The notes beneath the pieces are model-generated. The model searched no databases. It was not told the origin of the DNA and saw only the letters and a list, made by a program, of their open reading frames with translations. Of a stretch of 64,000 bases of DNA, positions 19,099 through 27,353 are shown piece after piece (position 1 is the stretch's first letter; each line of letters starts with the position of its first letter). The stretch lies in IMG/VR virus record IMGVR_UViG_3300036818_000089, positions 11,797 to 75,796 of that record. The stretch is one strand, 5' to 3'. Both the position numbers and the translations under genes were made by a program. The DNA comes from a virus.

Positions 19099-19686
19099 TC
19101 AGGCTTCTGCGCGGTAGCGGGCGGCGCGGGCCTCGACCTCGCGCACGTACCAGCCAGCGTGGTTGTAGGCGAAGTACGCCCGGTAGGGGCTGTGGGAGAA
19201 CCCGTCGTCGCACAACTTGTGGGCGGCGGCGTGGATGGCGTCGTGGAGGCTGTAGATGTTCGGGCCGATGTCGGGGTGGCGGTAGCGGACTGCGGCGAAC
19301 GTGCCGGGCTCGAACTGCATCGGGCCGCGGGCGCCCGCGTAGTTCGCGCCGGAGTGCACCCCGGGCAGGTGGGACTGGCCGTGGTTGGTTTCCACCGCGC
19401 CGATCCCGGCGAGGGCGGCCCAGTCCAGGCCTGGGCAAGTGCGCCCGTATTCGCGGTAGTAGGCCAGCGCTGTCGCGGGGATGCCGGGCATCGACGACGG
19501 GCCCAACCCGGACGTTCGGTGTGTGGCGGGCCCGGCACCCAGGGCGGGACCGATGGCGTCCTCGGTGATTCCGCTGTTGCCGAGCGCCTCGACCACGGCG
19601 GGCCGGTAGGTGATGTACGCGCCCAGCGCGGCCATCACGACCGTGCCGCACACGGCGGCGCAGGCCACGTTGACGATGCGAGACAA
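19099..19686 (-). CDS. Membrane-anchored lytic transglycosylase (SLT-like)
   Basis: N-terminal TM, catalytic VETNHG, GPMQF and AYNHAGWYV motifs. Confidence 0.8.
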   Translation of the reverse strand: MSRIVNVACAAVCGTVVMAALGAYITYRPAVVEALGNSGITEDAIGPALGAGPATHRTSGLGPSSMPGIPATALAYYREYGRTCPGLDWAALAGIGAVETNHGQSHLPGVHSGANYAGARGPMQFEPGTFAAVRYRHPDIGPNIYSLHDAIHAAAHKLCDDGFSHSPYRAYFAYNHAGWYVREVEARAARYRAEA

Positions 19687-19788
19687 TGTGGTTCTCCCGG
19701 TTCCCGAGGTGTTGTGGGTGCTGGGTGGGTCCGGTCGGTGGCGGGGTGCAACTTGGCAAGGTGGCGCCGCCCCGGCCGGACGTTTGTG

Positions 19789-20094
19789 TCAGGCGGTGAC
19801 CTGGCTGGCCTCCTCGCCTTCGGTGGGCTGCTCGACGACGGGCCGGTCGGTGGTGCCGGCGGTGATGCACAGCGCGCGGCGCGCGGCGCGGCGGCGGCGG
19901 GCCAGCCGCCATTCGTGCAGCGCCCACCACGCGGCGACCAGGATCGCCACGAAGGTGAAGACCGGGGAGACCGTGACGCCTAGGACCGCGGGGACTGTGA
20001 CGCCAGCCAGTTCGATCAGGTGGTAGCCGACCCACTCGACGACACCGTTGGTGTCGCGTTGGGTCGGGTTGATGGTGTCAGGCGGCGTAGGCAT
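19789..20094 (-). CDS. Membrane protein (Spd-like)
   Basis: AGGAGG RBS; two hydrophobic segments. Confidence 0.6.
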   Translation of the reverse strand: MPTPPDTINPTQRDTNGVVEWVGYHLIELAGVTVPAVLGVTVSPVFTFVAILVAAWWALHEWRLARRRRAARRALCITAGTTDRPVVEQPTEGEEASQVTA

Positions 20095-20356
20095 GGACGC
20101 GGTCCTCCTGTCGAACGGGTGCGGCGATGAATTCGGGTGCAGTGGCGTAGGTATTGACGCGACGCATCGAGGCCTCGATGACGCGGACCGCAAGCAGTAG
20201 CGGCGCCCGGATCAGGTGCAGCGCGAGGAACAGCAGCAGCGTCCCGGCGAACCGCGCCATGGCTGGCATGCCTTGGCTGTTGAGGATGTCGAACAGGTTC
20301 ACCATCGGTGTCGTTTCGTGGTCGATAGGCGCTGTCGCTGTATTCTGGGTGGGCAC
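20078..20356 (-). CDS. Membrane protein (Spd-like)
   Basis: AGGAGG RBS before GTG 20356; hydrophobic core. Confidence 0.6.
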   Translation of the reverse strand: MPTQNTATAPIDHETTPMVNLFDILNSQGMPAMARFAGTLLLFLALHLIRAPLLLAVRVIEASMRRVNTYATAPEFIAAPVRQEDRVHAYAA

Positions 20357-20473
20357 GTCGGGCCTCCTAGAAGGGCTCGGTGTTGGAGGCCCTGCCGGGT
20401 GTAAGCCGGTGGGGCCTCGTTCTGTGTCGGGTACGTGCGGGATCGTTACGTGCGACCAGGGGAAACGGGTGGT

Positions 20474-20699
20474 GTGGAGCATCGGATCGGTGATCTGCTC
20501 CACAGCGGGTTTGCTGCTCCACCGCAGGTCAGGTCGCGTAGCAGACGTGGAGCAGCAGCGGAGCATGTGGTGACGTGGGCGGCTGGCTGCTACGTAGGTG
20601 CTCCACCGTCCGCTCCTATCTGCAGCAGACGTGTTTTGGCTGGTCAGCGTAGTAATCACCGCGGCCACCTCCCCGCTGATGCACTGGCCACTGCTTCAC
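20474..20699. repeat. Cluster of 8-bp GTGGAGCA/TGCTCCAC repeats (candidate clt or operator array)
   Basis: Exact copies at 20474, 20496, 20515, 20547 and 20599; near copies at 20558 and 20692. Confidence 0.65.
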
Positions 20700-20973
20700 C
20701 GGTGTTTTCGCTGTTCAGGGCCGATATCGCCTGGCGGCAGTAGTCCACGAGCCCCTGAGCGATGCGGGCGGCGAGGTCAGGGTTCACCGACCGCAAAATC
20801 AGGATGCTGCGGAGCTGCGCCGAGGAGACCGCCACCAGATCAACTGGCGTGCACGCGACGGCTAACTCCTCCTCGAAGCGTGCGGCCCGCCGGGCAAGCC
20901 TCTGCATGGCTTGGGTCGGCACCACGGCCGTCCCCATGGCCGCTGCGGTCCGTGCCCGCTGGCCTGCCATCAC
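20656..20973 (-). CDS. Hypothetical protein
   Basis: GTGA coupling with the upstream gene. Confidence 0.5.
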   Translation of the reverse strand: MMAGQRARTAAAMGTAVVPTQAMQRLARRAARFEEELAVACTPVDLVAVSSAQLRSILILRSVNPDLAARIAQGLVDYCRQAISALNSENTGEAVASASAGRWPR

Positions 20974-21248
20974 GACACCGCCCAGGCGCCGTCGGTGGCG
21001 CTACTAGCGCTTGTGGCGGGAGGCGCTACTAGCGGTGTGGCGGTGGCGCAAGTAGCGGCGCCAGTAGCGCCACCGTTTGCGGCGCCAGTAGCGGCCGGTA
21101 GCGGCGTAGCGGTAGCGCCCGGACGTAGCGCCTCAGCAGCGCTACCCCGAACCGCGTCCGCTACCCACTCGGCGACATCCTGGCCCGCCACTAGCGCGGA
21201 GATGCGCGCGACGAGATAAACGTCGCCGGACAGGTTGACGGCGGTCAT
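20970..21248 (-). CDS. Putative RHH (CopG-like) protein with Ala/Thr repeat tail
   Basis: AVNLSGDVYLVARISALVAGQDVAEWVADAVR fits an RHH pattern; ATGA coupling. Confidence 0.5.
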   Translation of the reverse strand: MTAVNLSGDVYLVARISALVAGQDVAEWVADAVRGSAAEALRPGATATPLPAATGAANGGATGAATCATATPLVAPPATSASSATDGAWAVS

Positions 21249-21721
21249 CGGGTGCCCTCCGTCCGCTGCTCGGACAGGTCGCCGCTCCACTCGGCGAGCT
21301 TGGCCCGCCCGAAACTGGCAGTCGCCCCAGCCGCCCTGGCCAGCGCCGCACCGGTCAGCTGGTGAACGGTGCCGTCCTTGACGGCCCGGTCGAACATGTG
21401 GCGCATGACCGCTGTCTTGTCGCCAGCCGCTGTCTTGGCCGCTACGCCAGCGAGCGGACGGGTGCGGCGGCGGTGCTGCTGGATGCGCGCTACTGGCGCT
21501 GGCGCTACCCGCAACTGGCGCGCTACCTCGACGGGTTCGGGTAGCGCTTCCGGGGCGCTAGTAGCGGGGGCTAGTGGCGCCTGTTCGGTGGCGCCAGTGG
21601 CGCTGGTCGGCTCCCACGGGGAGCGCAGCGGTAGCGCCGCCAGTAGCGCTGCCGATCGCTGCACCGCCAGCTCGGCCAACAGGCGCTCGCGCAGTTCGGG
21701 GTCGTGCGCTACTCGCGCTAC
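20999..21721. repeat. About 25 (G)TAGCG/CGCTA(C) repeats embedded in two coding sequences
   Basis: About 14 copies in 20999..21196 and about 11 in 21440..21721, counted by eye. Confidence 0.7.
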
Positions 21722-22429
21722 CCGAAGCGCCCGCGACAGGCGGCCGGTGCGCCACAGTGCGCGGTCCGCCAGCGCCAGCCGGGCGGCGCGGGTGACTGCC
21801 CGCTCCCGGGTGCGGGTGACAGCGTCCCGGTCGTCGTCGGCCAGGCCGAGCCGGGACAACCCACGCTCCCGAAGCTCACCGGTGACGCGTGCCCACAGGC
21901 CGGTCTGGATGCCGGCGCGGCGGCGGATCTCGATACCGAGCGCCAGGTGCAGCATGACCAGGCTGAGGATCGGGCCCAGTGCTACGCGGGCGGCGCCGTC
22001 GACCGGGCCGGACAGCACCACCGCGGCGTAGCCGGACAGGCCACACAGTGCCCACGCGACCAGACGAGGTGCGCCCGGCGAACCAGGCCGGCCGGTCGCG
22101 GGGTCGAGGTGGCGGACGTTGGCGCGCATACCGACCGCGCACGCGATCAAGGCCAGTTCGACCACCGAGAACATGACCACCCGCTCGGCGCCGGTGACAC
22201 CGAGCCGGTCCCCGAAGAACCGCCACGACGTGTTCAAGCTGACCGACAGGCCACCTGCGGCGCCGGCGTAGTACCACCACGGCGTGCCCTGGGGCAGTCG
22301 CCGGGCGAACCGGACAGCGAGCGTTCCGAGCGCCACGACCACCAGAAGCGCCACCAGCGCGGCCGCGACCAGCGTCGGGCTCACGGTGGATGTCCAGGCG
22401 ATGGACTGGGCTTGGTTGCCGGGCTGCAT
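21245..22429 (-). CDS. SpdB/DUF2637-like multi-TM spread protein
   Basis: Several TM helices, a coiled-coil, a low-complexity linker and a C-terminal HTH-like segment; located in the traB operon. Confidence 0.65.
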   Translation of the reverse strand: MQPGNQAQSIAWTSTVSPTLVAAALVALLVVVALGTLAVRFARRLPQGTPWWYYAGAAGGLSVSLNTSWRFFGDRLGVTGAERVVMFSVVELALIACAVGMRANVRHLDPATGRPGSPGAPRLVAWALCGLSGYAAVVLSGPVDGAARVALGPILSLVMLHLALGIEIRRRAGIQTGLWARVTGELRERGLSRLGLADDDRDAVTRTRERAVTRAARLALADRALWRTGRLSRALRVARVAHDPELRERLLAELAVQRSAALLAALPLRSPWEPTSATGATEQAPLAPATSAPEALPEPVEVARQLRVAPAPVARIQQHRRRTRPLAGVAAKTAAGDKTAVMRHMFDRAVKDGTVHQLTGAALARAAGATASFGRAKLAEWSGDLSEQRTEGTR

Positions 22430-22464
22430 CTGTCTGCGTCCTTCGGGGGTTCGTACTGCGGTGG

Positions 22465-22653
22465 TCAGTTCGAGTGGCCGGGTTCGGTGGCGGCGTCGGC
22501 GATGCCGTCCCACGCGGCGCGGATCGCAGGCTCGTCGGCGCGCTGTTCGGCGTCGCGCAGCGCCGGGATCAGCAGCGCCAACCGGTGGCTGGTGGTGGAA
22601 GCGGGCTGGGCGCTGGTGACGGCACAGCGTCCAGCCCGGGTCTGTGCGGACAT
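22465..22653 (-). CDS. Small hypothetical protein
   Basis: Coupled to the upstream gene. Confidence 0.4.
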   Translation of the reverse strand: MSAQTRAGRCAVTSAQPASTTSHRLALLIPALRDAEQRADEPAIRAAWDGIADAATEPGHSN

Positions 22654-22958
22654 CACTGCAATCCCGCCATCCGCAGAGCCAGGCGGCCCTTGTCGGTGAT
22701 GGTGTTGCCGGCCATCAGTTCGTAGCGGCGCAGTTCGGCCAGCGGCTCGGCAGTCCACGGGTCGGACTGGTCGGGCTGGTACGGGGTTCGGCGGGTGGCT
22801 TTGGCTGCTGCGACGAGGACGTCCCAGTGGAACGAGTTCAGTTCCAGCACCGGGACCGCTACGACGACGAACGGGGTGCCGTTGTCCTGGACAGAGACGA
22901 GGACGGATGCGGCAGCGGTGGGCGTGTGACGTGCTGGCCGCTGATTGGACCTGCTCAT
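22653..22958 (-). CDS. Hypothetical protein
   Basis: ATGA coupling; GAGG RBS. Confidence 0.5.
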   Translation of the reverse strand: MSRSNQRPARHTPTAAASVLVSVQDNGTPFVVVAVPVLELNSFHWDVLVAAAKATRRTPYQPDQSDPWTAEPLAELRRYELMAGNTITDKGRLALRMAGLQ

Positions 22959-23146
22959 GACGCCTCGTCCAGGTCGCTGAGTGCCTCGGGTGCGGTGATC
23001 ACGCGGGCGGCGTACCGCTCGCGGGCGGCGATGAGCTTCTTGCGGTTGCGGGAGCTGGGCCTCTCGCGGACCGCGAACTCGGCGTAGATGAGGACGGTCT
23101 GCGGGTCGGCGGCCTTCCGGGACCGCGCGTTGCGTCGGCTGGCCAT
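22955..23146 (-). CDS. Small basic hypothetical protein
   Basis: GGAGG RBS; dispersed motif at 23170..23183. Confidence 0.55.
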   Translation of the reverse strand: MASRRNARSRKAADPQTVLIYAEFAVRERPSSRNRKKLIAARERYAARVITAPEALSDLDEAS

Positions 23147-23205
23147 TGCTGGCCTCCGTTCAGGTTTCCGGTGGTGACGGATGGGGTGGAGCGGTGAGCG
23201 GTGGG

Positions 23206-23511
23206 TCAGGTCTGTCGCTTGAGGTTGCGGCGCTGCCGTTCGGACAGGCCGCCCCAGATCCCGAACCGTTCGTCATGGGTCAGGGCGTAGGCGAGGCAGT
23301 CCGCCCGGACGTCGCAGCCCTGGCAGATGCGTTTCGCTTCGCGCGTTGAGCCGCCCTTTTCGGGGAAGAACTCCTCGGGGTCGGTTTGCGCGCACAGCGC
23401 CCGGTCCTGCCATTCCTCGACGTCGGAGGGCACGAGATGTTCGACGAAGTCGGCGAACGCCTGCGCACGGGTGGGGATGGTGTTGACGGGGGCGGCCGTG
23501 GTGATGGTCAT
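23206..23511 (-). CDS. whiB: WhiB-family Fe-S regulator, WhiB2/WhiB-like
   Basis: WQDRALCAQTDPEEFFPEKGGSTREAKRICQGCDVRADCLAYAL..DERFGIWGGLSERQRR, with four Cys and the GIWGG turn. Confidence 0.93.
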   Translation of the reverse strand: MTITTAAPVNTIPTRAQAFADFVEHLVPSDVEEWQDRALCAQTDPEEFFPEKGGSTREAKRICQGCDVRADCLAYALTHDERFGIWGGLSERQRRNLKRQT

Positions 23512-23535
23512 TGGCGTGGCCTCCGTTGTGTGCCG

Positions 23536-23582
23536 TGTGGTGACGGATGGGGCTGGGGGTGCTCGTGTTGTGGTGACGGACG
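23536..23582 (-). promoter_or_regulatory. Two tandem copies of the dispersed motif upstream of whiB
   Basis: TGTGGTGACGGATG 23536..23549 and TGTGGTGACGGACG 23569..23582. Confidence 0.75.
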
Positions 23583-23590
23583 GGTGATCT

Positions 23591-23713
23591 TGTTGACTCT
23601 CACGGTTTTCAGTGAGTGGGGTCAACATCGAGATCGAACGTAGCACGCGGACGACCTCCCATCAACCCCCAGCAACACTCCACCTTGCGGAACCCCCCTC
23701 AACCTTGCATGAT
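23591..23713. promoter_or_regulatory. Divergent promoter region for the transfer operon and its regulator
   Basis: Minus strand TTGATG-17-TACGTT (23665..23637); plus strand TTGCGG-17-CATGAT (23685..23713), 7 nt before ATG 23721; inverted repeat TGTTGAC...GTCAACA at 23591..23627. Confidence 0.55.
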
Positions 23714-23720
23714 GTGGGGC

Positions 23721-24563
23721 ATGCCCGACATTGAGGAGGTCCAGGCCCTTGACGACCCGTGGGAGCGGATGCGTCGCGCACACGAGCAGGTCGTCTATCA
23801 CCAGACGCAGGGCGGCGAGTACGCGAGGATCCGGCGTGAAGCGATCGAGGACCTGATCGGCCGGAAGGTCAAGCAGGCCGACATCGCTCGGATGCTGGGA
23901 GTGAGCTCGTCGCGGATCAGCCGCCTGCTGTCCTCGGCCCCCAAGGTCGAGCGTGCGCTACTGGGCACCGGGCCTGTCACGATCTCCGTCGGCGGCAAGT
24001 GGGAAGCGGCCAAGGAAAAGCCTGAGGCGGTTGTGTCGCGGCCCATGATGCGGGCCTGCACGCTGCTGGGTTCCATGTGCGTCGACTACGAACTGGGGTT
24101 GGCGGCCGAGGACTACGAGGTCGTCCCGCCGCCGGGTCACGTGCGTTTGAACAGGGACAACTTGATCGTGATGGGCAGCCCGCGGATCCTGCCGCTAGTC
24201 GGCCAGGTCCTCGAAAGCGACGAACACCTGGCTTTCGGGTGTGGCCCCGACGGCTGGTACCTGGTCGACCAGGACAGCGACACCCCTTACCGCTCGCCCA
24301 GCGACCGCGGTGAGGCAGCGGACTACGGCTACATCGGACGCCTGCCCCGCCCGGACGGTCGGGGAACGTTCCTGTACCTGGCCGGCATCCACGCGATGGG
24401 CACCCTCGGAACCGTGCAGTACCTGGTCAGCAACATCGAGGACCTGTATCGCGAGGTCAAGACCCACCGATGGTCAACGATCGTCGAGACCAGATACAAC
24501 CCCGCCGACGGCACGATCGTCGCTGCTGAACGCGTCACACCCATCCACGTCGTTCGACAGTAA
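23721..24563 (+). CDS. HTH transcriptional regulator with C-terminal effector-like domain (candidate Kor-type repressor)
   Basis: KQADIARMLGVSSSRISRL HTH; divergent from the transfer operon. Confidence 0.7.
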   Translation: MPDIEEVQALDDPWERMRRAHEQVVYHQTQGGEYARIRREAIEDLIGRKVKQADIARMLGVSSSRISRLLSSAPKVERALLGTGPVTISVGGKWEAAKEKPEAVVSRPMMRACTLLGSMCVDYELGLAAEDYEVVPPPGHVRLNRDNLIVMGSPRILPLVGQVLESDEHLAFGCGPDGWYLVDQDSDTPYRSPSDRGEAADYGYIGRLPRPDGRGTFLYLAGIHAMGTLGTVQYLVSNIEDLYREVKTHRWSTIVETRYNPADGTIVAAERVTPIHVVRQ

Positions 24564-24578
24564 AAGGGGGCAACTTGC

Positions 24579-25529
24579 GTGTTCTTCACCGGAGTAACTG
24601 ATGCCGGCCAGCCGGGCAACCCAAACGAGGACTGGGTGTCGGTGACGTCCGATCTTGTCGTGGTGCTGGACGGGGCGACCGTCCGCACCGACACCGGCTG
24701 TCTACACGGAGTCGCCTGGTACACGAGGCACCTGGGCATGGCCATCCTCGCGGCCGCATCGGACCACACGCTTCCCCTGCGCAGCATGCTGGCCGCCGCG
24801 ATCGATCACGTCGCGGGCCTGCACCCGGAGTGCGACCTTGCCCATCCGGGGACGCCGTCCGCCGCGGTGGCCATCGTTCGGATCGATGTAGACGCGGTGC
24901 GGTACGCCGTACTCGGCGACGCCACCGTCGTCCTCGAGTCGACCGCCGGGATCGCAACGGTCAGCGACGACCGCATCTCCCGGACCGCCGCCCTCGAGCG
25001 CGCCGCGGTCGACAAGCACCCGATCGGCTCACCCGAGAAGCGGGACGCGATGGTCGCGATGAAGCACGCCGAGCTGGCAGCCCGCAACAAACCGGACGGC
25101 TATTGGATCGCAGCCGCCGACCCTGCCGCCGCAGCGCACGCGCTCGAGGGTGAGGTGCCGCTCGAGGAGGTGCGGCGGATGGCTGTGATGACAGACGGCG
25201 CAGCTCGGATTGTCGACATGTTCCACCTGGGGGACTGGCTGCATGTCCTCGACCTGCTGGGGCACCGCGGGCCGGGTGCGCTCATCCACCGGGTGCGGAA
25301 AGCGGAAGCGGACGACCCGGACGGCGAGTTCTACCGGCGAAACAAGACCTCCGACGACGCCACCGTGGTGTACGCCGCAGCTGGTGTCTGTGCTGCGCCG
25401 CGCAGCCGCGTTGAAGCCAGGGGCGCAGCAGACATGCCTGCCCTGGAGATGTTCGAACTGGTCAACTCAGGACGGCTGTACGGATCCTGCCCGACGGTCG
25501 ACGGTCGATATTTCGGAGGCAGACGATGA
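24579..25529 (+). CDS. PP2C-like protein phosphatase domain protein
   Basis: NEDW, VLDGAT, LGD, MTDGA and SDDAT metal-binding motifs. Confidence 0.8.
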   Translation: MFFTGVTDAGQPGNPNEDWVSVTSDLVVVLDGATVRTDTGCLHGVAWYTRHLGMAILAAASDHTLPLRSMLAAAIDHVAGLHPECDLAHPGTPSAAVAIVRIDVDAVRYAVLGDATVVLESTAGIATVSDDRISRTAALERAAVDKHPIGSPEKRDAMVAMKHAELAARNKPDGYWIAAADPAAAAHALEGEVPLEEVRRMAVMTDGAARIVDMFHLGDWLHVLDLLGHRGPGALIHRVRKAEADDPDGEFYRRNKTSDDATVVYAAAGVCAAPRSRVEARGAADMPALEMFELVNSGRLYGSCPTVDGRYFGGRR

Positions 25530-25693
25530 CCATCACGGAGTGGGAGTAGCTGGGCACTCGGTGACGGGTCAGGGTGCTATCCAGATCGTCCAGGACATCG
25601 CCGCCCAGATGCGCCGGCCACGGGGAGATCGGCGACACGCGGCCCAGCCTGGACCAGAGGAACCGGAGGAAGGGGAACACTCCTAGAGACACC

Positions 25694-25724
25694 TCAGGCC
25701 CGGAGATGTCATCTCCGGGCCTGA
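25694..25724. terminator. Perfect 31-bp palindrome (15-1-15), terminator or operator
   Basis: TCAGGCCCGGAGATG-T-CATCTCCGGGCCTGA. Confidence 0.6.
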
Positions 25725-25935
25725 TACGAGGCGCCGCTTAACCGGAACCACCACGAACCAGTTCAGCCAAGGCGATCAGTCAGCCCTACAAGCAACCAAC
25801 TAGCTCACTAACTCACTAACTCACGCGGCCTAAGGCAAGGCCCCGCAACTAACTTCACGCGACATGGCGAGTGTACTGGGCGCCGCTGACGTCCACCAGC
25901 GCCCTGCCGCGTGTCGAGAGGAATGACACGCCGCT

Positions 25936-27036
25936 ATGAGCCAATCGGGCCCCCGCCGCAAGGCGAACGCCGCCTACGTCCGCAAGGACCCCGCCCAGTG
26001 GATGCACGCCGGCTGGACCAGCACACCGAACTCCATCACCCGCGACCCGGACGTCCCGCCCGATGAATGCTGGGCCTGGACGTGGTTGGCCAGCATGGAC
26101 GGCGAGTTCGAGGTCAGCGGCAAGAAGCTGTGGGAGGCGAAGAAGTCCCTCGCTCGCAACCGGGCCTACGACCTGCTGAACGCGTTGGAGAAGCGCGGCC
26201 TGCTGCTGCGCACCAACGAGTACGACCCGGTCGCGCAAGTGCCCTACGTCCAGTACGACCTGCAGCCGGTGCCGGTACCGGAGGAGGAGCGGACGTGGAA
26301 GCCGACCAAGGCGACCCCCCGGCGCCGCGGCCCGCATCCGGGTTCGAAGGCGGCCCGCGAGGCGACTTCGACCTCTGCTGAAGCTGTGGACAACCCCGAA
26401 ACCGCAGGTCAGGGCGGATTCCCGGCAGGGCGGGAATCCGCAGGTCGGCAGCGGACTCCCGACAGGCCGGGAATCCCTTCTGACCAGGACTTTCCCGCCC
26501 TGCCGGGAAGTAGGGTGGATTCCCGACAGGCCGGTTCCCGACAGGCCGGGAATCCCTATAAGGAAGAGAAGAAAAGTAGAGAAGAAAATCCATCTATCGA
26601 GGCGGCGGGCCACGGGCAGGCGATGGACGGATCGACGGAATCGTCGAACGAACGGGAACCGAGCCCGGCGGCGCTGGACCTGGTCCTCGGCCTGTCGTAC
26701 GGGTCGCACACGCACCCCACCCAGGGCCAGGCGCGTCAGCTGGCGCTGCTCGTCGATGCGGCCCTCGCTGGCGGGCATGATCTGCGGTCGATCCGGCGTC
26801 ACGCTCAGGGCAAGGTCAACCAAGCGAGGCGCAACGCTGTCGCCTACCTCACGTGCGGCCTGAGCGCCGATCAGCTCCCAGCGGTCCGGATGGACTCCCC
26901 ACAGCCCGCTAGGCCCGTCACGGCGCCGTCAGGGGCCAAACCGGCGACCCTGATCGAGTCGCAGGACGACCTTTTGGCCCGTGGACTGCCCACCCAGTTC
27001 CTGCCGACCCGGCTGAAGGCAGCTGCGGGTGCGTAG
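25936..27036 (+). CDS. Putative replication initiator protein (lambda O-like architecture)
   Basis: N-terminal winged HTH (WLASMDGEFEVS...AYDLLNALEKRGLL), a central linker encoded by iterons followed by an A-rich tract, and a C-terminal helical domain. Confidence 0.7.
   Translation: MSQSGPRRKANAAYVRKDPAQWMHAGWTSTPNSITRDPDVPPDECWAWTWLASMDGEFEVSGKKLWEAKKSLARNRAYDLLNALEKRGLLLRTNEYDPVAQVPYVQYDLQPVPVPEEERTWKPTKATPRRRGPHPGSKAAREATSTSAEAVDNPETAGQGGFPAGRESAGRQRTPDRPGIPSDQDFPALPGSRVDSRQAGSRQAGNPYKEEKKSREENPSIEAAGHGQAMDGSTESSNEREPSPAALDLVLGLSYGSHTHPTQGQARQLALLVDAALAGGHDLRSIRRHAQGKVNQARRNAVAYLTCGLSADQLPAVRMDSPQPARPVTAPSGAKPATLIESQDDLLARGLPTQFLPTRLKAAAGA
26416..26595. promoter_or_regulatory. Putative replication origin: five iterons plus A-rich tract
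   Basis: TCCCG(A/G)CAGG(C/G)CGG units at 26416, 26453, 26492 (inverted), 26517 and 26535, then TATAAGGAAGAGAAGAAAAGTAGAGAAGAAAA. Confidence 0.7.
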
Positions 27037-27353
27037 CGGCGATGGGATCCTCCCGAACCGGCACCTCGGCGGTCGCCCGGCAGGTCGGCGGCTAATAGCC
27101 GCCAGGCGGCTGAACGTAAACCCGCAGGTCGGACCCAAACAGCCGCGAGGCGGCCGGACGGTGAGCCCAGCGGCAGCGGTGATGGATCTTCAGGTCGCGC
27201 TATGCTGTCCACGCCGCCTTATCTGCGGCCTTTCGGGGCCGACGCTCGGGTTTGATGACCCGTTCTGTTTGTGGTGACGGATGGGATGGCAATGGCGGCC
27301 CCAGCGAGCGAACCTAGGCGCTGGGGCCGCTCCCACGCCCACCGTGTGCGGGA

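Noticed and set aside
15794-25529. Independent AICE inserted in a prophage
   Set aside because: No integrase, excisionase or RepSA/RepAM gene and no flanking direct repeats seen, and the block carries the phage-wide motif. It cannot be fully excluded without comparative genomics.
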